From a virus (Duplodnaviria; Caudoviricetes): a stretch of 32,051 nt of DNA. This document shows positions 26,315 to 32,051 of the stretch, piece after piece. Within the stretch, counting starts at the first letter, position 1; the number at the start of each line of letters is the position of its first letter. Position numbers and translations under genes: made by a program. Under the pieces are notes generated by a model, which was not told where the DNA came from, searched no databases, and was given only the letters and a program-made list of their open reading frames with translations. Location of the stretch: positions 1 to 32,051 of the IMG/VR virus record IMGVR_UViG_3300025621_001011. One strand, given 5' to 3'.

Positions 26315-26845
26315 TTAAAGATTAGTAAACTTTAATATTTGTTGGATTCGTTCCTCTGTAGATCCAGATATCTTTTCTATTTTACCTGCTTTATGACCAT
26401 GTCTTTTAATAAGTGTGGTAATAGTAAAATCAATTAAATCTCTATAGTGCTCATCTGTTTCACGTACTCCATTATCTTCAATATCTATTCCATAAGGAGA
26501 TATGTAAAAAATATAATCATATTCTCTAACAAATTCACTAGCATATGTTTCAAATGCTTCTTTATCCTGGTGAGGTATTGATTTTGCATTTAAAGTAAAT
26601 GCCATAACATCAAGAACTGTTCTATCTGTAATAATATCTGTTTGAATTAATTCAGCACAACGTTCAGCCAAGAATATGGTTTGACCCTTTAATGTTGAAT
26701 CTGTATTAAGTGGAATACCTTGCTCCATCAAGTATTTAGAACGTTCTGTTCTAAACATATAATCTTTAAATTGCCTTGTTTCTTTTAAAGCATTTACTAA
26801 TGTAGTTTTACCTACACTCATTGTACCACATAAACCTATTTTCAT
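26315..26845 (-). CDS. P-loop nucleotide kinase-like protein (NadR/AAA_28 type)
   Basis: KIGLCGTMSVGKTTL, IITDRTVLD, YDYIFY..IEDNGVRE and ISGSTEERI. Confidence 0.8.
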   Translation of the reverse strand: MKIGLCGTMSVGKTTLVNALKETRQFKDYMFRTERSKYLMEQGIPLNTDSTLKGQTIFLAERCAELIQTDIITDRTVLDVMAFTLNAKSIPHQDKEAFETYASEFVREYDYIFYISPYGIDIEDNGVRETDEHYRDLIDFTITTLIKRHGHKAGKIEKISGSTEERIQQILKFTNL

Positions 26846-26848
26846 ATC

Positions 26849-27115
26849 TTAGTTTCTATAATCTGAAAGGTGTGCTTTCATTGATTGATTTTTATAATAA
26901 GGTAAACCTTCTCTTTGTTGTCTTGCTTCATTCCATTCCTCTTTGGTATGTTTAATACCATATAAATGATATTCTCCTAATTTTTCTTTACCTTCAGGAA
27001 TTAAAGCATGTCCCTCCCAATTGTGGAGTTTATTATCCCATACATAAGCGATAGTACCATCTGCTTTTTTTAATCTTTTACTTTGTGGAAACGGTGTTTT
27101 TGTTGATTTTGCCAT
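26849..27115 (-). CDS. Hypothetical protein
   Basis: 88-aa ORF containing KLHNWEGHALIP..EYHLYG, which resembles the LHRxDGPA..EWYxNG repeat unit seen in phage proteins. Confidence 0.7.
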   Translation of the reverse strand: MAKSTKTPFPQSKRLKKADGTIAYVWDNKLHNWEGHALIPEGKEKLGEYHLYGIKHTKEEWNEARQQREGLPYYKNQSMKAHLSDYRN

Positions 27116-27132
27116 AATTTTTATTTGTTATC

Positions 27133-27142
27133 AATATACGAA
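27133..27142 (-). promoter_or_regulatory. TTCGTATATT box (putative early or host-type promoter element)
   Basis: Intergenic, 17 nt upstream of ATG 27115; identical copy at 28479. Confidence 0.55.
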
Positions 27143-27149
27143 ATTTATT

Positions 27150-28454
27150 TTAATTTTCCAAAAGTGATTCAGCAACATATGTCCCTTGTGCACCACTTAC
27201 CGTTATACCTCTAGCTGATAAAGCATCGCCTACGAAGTGTACGTTAGGATACTTAGTGAGTGCTAAATTGGCATAATCGACAAGTGGCTCAGGAGAAAGA
27301 TATTTTACTTCAGGTACATAAATACCCCAATCATCTTTTAATGTTGGGAATACTTTTTTCATGTCCTCAATAAAATCATATACATACATAAAGTAGGGTT
27401 GCATTGATTTTGAAATTTTATGTAATGTATCTACTTGAATAGCTGATACATTTACACCTTCAGATGTTTGTGATGGTTTTCTACTTGGGCTATAATATAA
27501 ACCAGTACCGTCTATTTGTAATTTTTTAACTACATCTCTAGACCAATCAAATGGTTTATCAATGCCTTGCACTTCCATTAATATACCAAAATTGGTCATA
27601 TCATTTCGGAATGCTTCATCTTTTTTAGCGTGTCCGTTGTACGAATGATCTCCATACGTTTCTTCAACGGCAACATATGCTGCATTGTTGTTTGTACAGA
27701 AAGAACGTAATGATACTCCTTTGTCTTCATATTTTCTATATAATTTGAAATCATAAGATACATCAATTAATTTTTGGAAGTGTTTTTGTGGTGCTTCAAA
27801 TCGAACACCTATTTGTACTGGTTTTGGTTCAGTTGGTAAATCGTATTTTTCAGCTAATTGTTTACCAAAGTCAATACCTGATTTACCTACACCAAAAATA
27901 AGTGTATCGTATTCAAATGAATGTTCTAAATCAGATTCAAGTACTACTACTTTACCTGTATTATTTTCAAAATCAATATCTGTAACTTTAGCTTCCCATT
28001 CAAATTGAACACCACCATCAACTAAAAAGTCATACCAATTTTTACCTATTTCATGTAAATAATCTGTACCAACATGCCATACTGGGAATAAACGTAATCC
28101 AAAATATGGTTTAATAAATTCTGGTTCTGCAATAGGGTTTGAACATTGTACTTCTTCGGGTTTAGGGTGGAAACGTTTAAAATTATCAATCACCTGATCA
28201 AATAATTCCATTGCTTTTTCTTCACCACAATATTTAGATAATTGTCCTCCAATTGAAGTATGATAAGTTAATTTACCATCAGACCAACCTCCTGCTCCTA
28301 GGAAACCTGTCATTACCTCTTCATATGGTCTTAAATATGGATCTTTACCCATATCAATTATGGTAATTTTACCATCAAAACCATTATCAATTAGCTTAGT
28401 AGCAGCATTTACATTTGCTACACCTGCTCCAATCATTACTACGTTTTTACTCAT
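27150..28454 (-). CDS. FAD-dependent oxidoreductase (COG2509-like)
   Basis: VVMIGAGVAN Rossmann motif, GFLGAGGWSDGKLT, HVGTD, QIGVRFE, RSFCTN, NGHA, TNFGIL, YVPEVKY and FVGDALSARGITVSGAQG. Likely start is MSKNVV at 28454. Confidence 0.85.
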   Translation of the reverse strand: MSKNVVMIGAGVANVNAATKLIDNGFDGKITIIDMGKDPYLRPYEEVMTGFLGAGGWSDGKLTYHTSIGGQLSKYCGEEKAMELFDQVIDNFKRFHPKPEEVQCSNPIAEPEFIKPYFGLRLFPVWHVGTDYLHEIGKNWYDFLVDGGVQFEWEAKVTDIDFENNTGKVVVLESDLEHSFEYDTLIFGVGKSGIDFGKQLAEKYDLPTEPKPVQIGVRFEAPQKHFQKLIDVSYDFKLYRKYEDKGVSLRSFCTNNNAAYVAVEETYGDHSYNGHAKKDEAFRNDMTNFGILMEVQGIDKPFDWSRDVVKKLQIDGTGLYYSPSRKPSQTSEGVNVSAIQVDTLHKISKSMQPYFMYVYDFIEDMKKVFPTLKDDWGIYVPEVKYLSPEPLVDYANLALTKYPNVHFVGDALSARGITVSGAQGTYVAESLLEN

Positions 28455-28478
28455 ATTGTCATTTATTTTTAACACATT

Positions 28479-28488
28479 AATATACGAA
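28479..28488 (-). promoter_or_regulatory. TTCGTATATT box (putative early or host-type promoter element)
   Basis: Directly after a terminator hairpin, upstream of the oxidoreductase. Confidence 0.55.
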
Positions 28489-28490
28489 CT

Positions 28491-28518
28491 AAGAATGGCG
28501 TCTCCTAGGGAGACGCCA
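28491..28518 (-). terminator. Terminator-like hairpin closing the leader-peptide gene array
   Basis: TGGCGTCTCC-CTA-GGAGACGCCA 10-bp stem followed by TTCTT. Confidence 0.7.
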
Positions 28519-28578
28519 CAGATGTCTGTTTTTTTTTTAATCTCGACTGGCTATGAATCAGTCTATATGTTTTTTATT

Positions 28579-28644
28579 TTAGCAGTTGCAGCACGTACAA
28601 TTACATGATACTCCACATCCGCATGTTTTACAATTACATTTCAT
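28579..28644 (-). CDS. 21-aa cysteine-rich metallothionein-like peptide MKCNCKTCGCGVSCNCTCCNC (not in the ORF track)
   Basis: Manual translation: 9 Cys in 21 aa in a CxC pattern. The ATG is 1 nt after the upstream TAA. Confidence 0.7.
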   Translation of the reverse strand: MKCNCKTCGCGVSCNCTCCNC

Positions 28645-28645
28645 G

Positions 28646-29077
28646 TTATTTTTTTCTTATTTGCATTATATAATACCCATACTTATTATCCTCTGGTTGT
28701 GATCTTAATTCAAATTCGTCACCTATTACATCTACAATGTCTTTATACATTTTAGCTGCTTGTGTTTTAGCATCCTTTTGTTGTTCTACTGAAGGGCCGG
28801 ATCCCATATCTAATTCTCTTAATGAAGCCGCTAAACTTAAAAAATATACAGCTATTGTTAAAATACCATCTTTAATTAATAATTTAGCTGGAACTGATAG
28901 TGCACCATCTTTTGGTTTTGATTCAAATTCATTATCAGATGTTACATATTCAAACCCCATTTTATATTTTTTAATTACGGGAATAATTTTTTTAGCTAAA
29001 GATTTTAATTCTAAATCTTCTGCCTCATTGATTACACCTTCTGTAAGGAATTGTCTAAATCTATATAATTCTTTCAT
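28646..29077 (-). CDS. Hypothetical protein with a divergent leader (MKELYRFRQFLTE|G); candidate internal head protein
   Basis: The leader ends F-L-T-E-G, paralleling Y-L-A-E-G in the four upstream genes. Confidence 0.7.
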   Translation of the reverse strand: MKELYRFRQFLTEGVINEAEDLELKSLAKKIIPVIKKYKMGFEYVTSDNEFESKPKDGALSVPAKLLIKDGILTIAVYFLSLAASLRELDMGSGPSVEQQKDAKTQAAKMYKDIVDVIGDEFELRSQPEDNKYGYYIMQIRKK

Positions 29078-29104
29078 GTTAACTTATTTTTATTTATTTT
29101 TATT

Positions 29105-29371
29105 TTATAAATTAATCCCAGCTATATCTGAGTATAATATTTCGTGTTCTTCCCCATCTTTGTCTACTGCAAATACAGAATAATCACCCCACATATCTAC
29201 ATTATCATCATTATTAGAGTTTGGATTGTATATTACAAACTCTCTTCCATCTCCTAGTTGAATAAAAGCATCATCAGCATCTCCTAAAGCTTTAATAAGT
29301 GATTCTTTACCATAATCTTCTTTTAATAGCCTTCCTTCAGCTAAATATTTTCTTAAATCGAAATTATCCAT
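29105..29371 (-). CDS. MDNFDL-leader acidic protein 4; candidate internal head protein
   Basis: MDNFDLRKYLAEGRLLKE followed by a unique acidic body. Confidence 0.8.
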   Translation of the reverse strand: MDNFDLRKYLAEGRLLKEDYGKESLIKALGDADDAFIQLGDGREFVIYNPNSNNDDNVDMWGDYSVFAVDKDGEEHEILYSDIAGINL

Positions 29372-29385
29372 TTATTTTATTTTAA

Positions 29386-29955
29386 TTAACTAAATTGCTT
29401 TTTATAAAATATATTTATAGCATCCTCAATTTCTTTTGGAGATGCATTAGAAGGTTTTAAAGATTTTTCGGCATAATTTAAAAAATCAGCTTTTACATCT
29501 GGTTGCATATGTCTGAGTAGAGTTGGAGAATTATTTAAGTACCATTGCAAGTTATGATCAAATGATTTTTCTTTAGAAGGAAAGTTTGAAAACCTATCAT
29601 CAATATCATCATCCACCTCTCCACTAGGGGGTATTAAAGCATCTTCATAGTATTCTATTGCTGAATCAGCGAATTCTTTAGCTGAAACTTTAATATCTTC
29701 TGGGTCGGATCCTTTAGCATTATCTCTTGCTTCATCATACCAAAAATTATTAGTTACTTCTATAGATTTTTCTAAATCCTTACTTGAAATATTAGAATGT
29801 TTTGCTTTGATAATATCTATTATTGCTTTTTTATATGAGGGGCCTGCTTGTTCTATATCGGCACTATCTTCAAATGAATCAATTGTCCATATAGGATTTT
29901 CTTCTTCAAATAGCCTACCTTCAGCTAAATATTTTTTTAAATCGAAATTATCCAT
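29386..29955 (-). CDS. MDNFDL-leader acidic protein 3; candidate internal head protein
   Basis: MDNFDLKKYLAEGRLFEE; the body is partly similar to the 30281 protein. Confidence 0.8.
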   Translation of the reverse strand: MDNFDLKKYLAEGRLFEEENPIWTIDSFEDSADIEQAGPSYKKAIIDIIKAKHSNISSKDLEKSIEVTNNFWYDEARDNAKGSDPEDIKVSAKEFADSAIEYYEDALIPPSGEVDDDIDDRFSNFPSKEKSFDHNLQWYLNNSPTLLRHMQPDVKADFLNYAEKSLKPSNASPKEIEDAINIFYKKQFS

Positions 29956-29966
29956 TTATTTTTATT

Positions 29967-30269
29967 TTATTTTAATTTACGGTATAATTCCATTGCTTCA
30001 TCAGCAGTATATTCTCCTTCTTGGTAGCTACCTTGATCAAAGCTATTAAAATCAACACCCATTTCTAAACGGTTATCTTCATCATCAAAAAATAATTGAT
30101 CAAAACCAATTTCATTTTCTTCTCTATCTTCTGAGTTTACTAATTGATACATATAGCCGGTTTTTCCGTTATCGTATTCAACGTTAGTAGTAAAAAGAGT
30201 ATATCCTTGTTCTTCGTTTTCGTATAGCTTACCTTCAGCTAAGTATTTTTTTAAATCGAAATTATCCAT
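29967..30269 (-). CDS. MDNFDL-leader acidic protein 2; candidate internal head protein
   Basis: MDNFDLKKYLAEGKLYE followed by a unique acidic body. Confidence 0.8.
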   Translation of the reverse strand: MDNFDLKKYLAEGKLYENEEQGYTLFTTNVEYDNGKTGYMYQLVNSEDREENEIGFDQLFFDDEDNRLEMGVDFNSFDQGSYQEGEYTADEAMELYRKLK

Positions 30270-30280
30270 TTTATTTTATT

Positions 30281-30862
30281 TTAATTTATAGGTTGGTCAT
30301 CATCTAAGTAAGCTCTTCTTAATTGAGTTTGCATAGACTCTCTTTCATCACTGTCATACTGGAATGAATTTGGGATTATAGAATCTAAATCGTATGCATT
30401 TTCTACTTTTCCAAATTGTCTAACGAAGAGTTCTAAGTCTTCTTGTGTATCAGTATCACCATAAGGTTTAAGGTAAACATCTACAAATTTACCAAAAGCT
30501 TCTCTTTGACCTTTATCTAATCCACTTAAATCAACACTAGATAAATCATATTTTTGTCTTGGAGCAGATGGTTTATCACCTCCAGCCATTTCATCATTAT
30601 AATAATCAACTGCCATATCTACGATATCGCTAGAAGGTACATCTTCTTCTCTTTGATCATAGTAGTATTCTACAGAACTATCTATAATAGCTTGTAGAAC
30701 TTCATCTGAAATATTTGGTAATTTAGCTTTAATACCTGCTTCTACTTCTGCTTGATAAGCATCATCATCGATTTCATAGCTATATTCGTCAAATGAAAAA
30801 GTTAATTCTTCTTTTAATAATCTACCTTCAGCTAAATATTTTCTTAAATCAAAATTATCCAT
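30281..30862 (-). CDS. MDNFDL-leader acidic protein 1; candidate internal head protein
   Basis: MDNFDLRKYLAEGRLLKE followed by an acidic body. Confidence 0.8.
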   Translation of the reverse strand: MDNFDLRKYLAEGRLLKEELTFSFDEYSYEIDDDAYQAEVEAGIKAKLPNISDEVLQAIIDSSVEYYYDQREEDVPSSDIVDMAVDYYNDEMAGGDKPSAPRQKYDLSSVDLSGLDKGQREAFGKFVDVYLKPYGDTDTQEDLELFVRQFGKVENAYDLDSIIPNSFQYDSDERESMQTQLRRAYLDDDQPIN

Positions 30863-31103
30863 TTATTTTAATTTTTAAATTTGTTGTACCTTTTAGGATA
30901 CGGTGTATTCTACCTTCTGTTATAAATATACGATCTCCCTTACTGACAACCAAAGGTAATTGATCGTCCATTTGTATTGACCATCCTTCACCATCGATAA
31001 CTTCTATATGTCTATCTTCTTTATCTTGATGCCATACCAGTTCCATTGGATCTACATCTTTAGAAAACGTTCTTATATTACCTTTATTTGAGTATGGATT
31101 CAT
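30855..31103 (-). CDS. Small cupin-like protein
   Basis: ELVWHQDKEDRHIEVIDGEGWSIQMD...GDRIFITEGRIHRI resembles the two cupin motifs. Confidence 0.6.
   Translation of the reverse strand: MNPYSNKGNIRTFSKDVDPMELVWHQDKEDRHIEVIDGEGWSIQMDDQLPLVVSKGDRIFITEGRIHRILKGTTNLKIKING
30920..30934 (-). promoter_or_regulatory. Composite ATCGTATATTTATAA box inside the cupin gene, upstream of the MDNFDL array
   Basis: Contains the exact ATATTTATAA box and TCGTATATT; 57 nt upstream of ATG 30862. Confidence 0.5.
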
Positions 31104-31104
31104 A

Positions 31105-32051
31105 TTACCAAAAAGTATTCATTTTAGCACCTAACCCTAAAGCTGGAGCGTATCTTGGTAAATTACATGACCAATATCCTGCTTTTGTTCTATCTTTTTT
31201 ATCTTTACAATTATGACGTGCTGCAAATGCATTACGTGCTTCCTTGTTTTTGATTTTAGCTCTTAAACCACCGGATCCAAAAGTTACTTTTTTAACTTTA
31301 TCTCCATCTTTAACGTAAACATAATATGCTTTAGGCCCACCACGTTTTGGTTTACCTAATGCTACTTTTTTACCTTTAAATTCAGCTTCGTCTATTTCTT
31401 TTTTAGCTTCTTGTAAAGCTTCCTTAACACCGACTTTAACTTTATCTTTTAAGACTTCAGCTTTTTGTTCATCAGTACATTTTTCGTAATCGCAATCAAA
31501 TCTACGACGTGCAATTAAGTCTAATCTAAGTAATTCTTCTTGATTATATTTTCTATCTTCATTTAATTTTAAAAATTCTTTAGCTATGCCTGATTCATCT
31601 ATTATAAAATAAATTATAGAAAATAATGAAAAAGGAATATTACCTGCTATTCCTAAAAAAGCTAAAAAACCTAAGTCCTTTAGTTGTTCTGTAATTTTTT
31701 TCTGTTCAGCTGATGTTGGTTTTTCTCCACTTATTACATATTCAGCTATTTCTTTAATTAATACTAAAGTTTGTTTACCTTCTCGTTTAACAATTTCTAT
31801 TAATTTTTTACCTGCTTTTTCTACCCCACCTAAAAATTTATCAATAATAGGTTTTACTACATCAAATTTAGGTAAAGAAAATTCATTTAACATAGGTAAA
31901 TCTAAAGGTACAGATTCGCCTTCATATAAAGCAAATTCACCTAAATGTGTTTTAATTAATGCTTCATCATCTTCACATAAATCTATTACATTACGTGAAT
32001 ACATTTTTCTAGCTTCTTTAATTAAAGATAGATGTTTGTCTGAACCAATAC
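31105..32051 (-). CDS. Hypothetical multi-module protein, 5'-truncated (frame stays open to the right edge)
   Basis: The frame continues upstream of Met 32004 (..IGSDKHLSLIKEARK-MYSRN). It has a central hydrophobic segment and a basic C-terminal domain VKKVTFG...FAARHNC..KAGYWSC. Confidence 0.75.
   Translation of the reverse strand, partial: IGSDKHLSLIKEARKMYSRNVIDLCEDDEALIKTHLGEFALYEGESVPLDLPMLNEFSLPKFDVVKPIIDKFLGGVEKAGKKLIEIVKREGKQTLVLIKEIAEYVISGEKPTSAEQKKITEQLKDLGFLAFLGIAGNIPFSLFSIIYFIIDESGIAKEFLKLNEDRKYNQEELLRLDLIARRRFDCDYEKCTDEQKAEVLKDKVKVGVKEALQEAKKEIDEAEFKGKKVALGKPKRGGPKAYYVYVKDGDKVKKVTFGSGGLRAKIKNKEARNAFAARHNCKDKKDRTKAGYWSCNLPRYAPALGLGAKMNTFW

Larger units (their letters stand above)
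29318..30870 (-). repeat. Four dispersed ~60-bp direct repeats (approx. 29318-29385, 29902-29970, 30222-30283, 30808-30870) covering the A-rich start region and the first ~18 codons
   Basis: Minus-strand consensus AAAATAAA-ATGGATAATTT(C/T)GATTTAA(G/A)AAAATA(T/C)TTAGCTGAAGG. Confidence 0.92.

Noticed and set aside
1127-30049. Other short plus-strand ORFs (1127, 12276, 14220, 14339, 15883, 16401, 16746, 17725, 19264, 21235, 21495, 22086, 28360, 28737, 29807)
   Set aside because: They are antisense to well-supported minus-strand genes and have no motifs or expression signals.
29318-30870. Repeats as CRISPR repeats or integron attC sites
   Set aside because: They are non-palindromic, in-frame coding leaders with gene-length spacing. 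No cas or integrase gene is in the window.
1-32051. tRNA genes, introns/inteins or stop-codon recoding
   Set aside because: No cloverleaf was seen in the intergenic gaps. Terminase, portal and capsid genes are uninterrupted and of plausible length under the standard code.

Overview
AT-rich segment of a large tailed dsDNA phage genome with a T4-like head module. All credible genes are on the minus strand, so they read right to left. In transcription order: a 5'-truncated hypothetical gene and a small cupin-like gene; an array of 4 (+1 divergent) acidic ORFs sharing an N-terminal MDNFDL(R/K)KYLAEG leader that resembles the T4 capsid-targeting sequence; an unannotated 21-aa, 9-Cys metallothionein-like ORF; an FAD oxidoreductase; a P-loop kinase; a spanin-like overlapping gene pair; terminase large subunit; portal; four hypotheticals; prohead protease; scaffold; major capsid protein; PhoH; gp13/14/15-like neck and tail-completion genes; two paralogous fibre genes built from Gly-Ser/Thr-Ser triplets (the long one ends in a peptidase S74 chaperone); and a modification cluster (GT-B glycosyltransferase, GT25 fused to a degenerate methyltransferase, PhyH-type dioxygenase running off the left edge). 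A conserved ATATTTATAA box precedes structural genes and a TTCGTATATT box precedes non-structural ones. A-rich starts without Shine-Dalgarno sequences hint at a Bacteroidota host (inference). All family calls come from motif recognition by eye; no database search was run.
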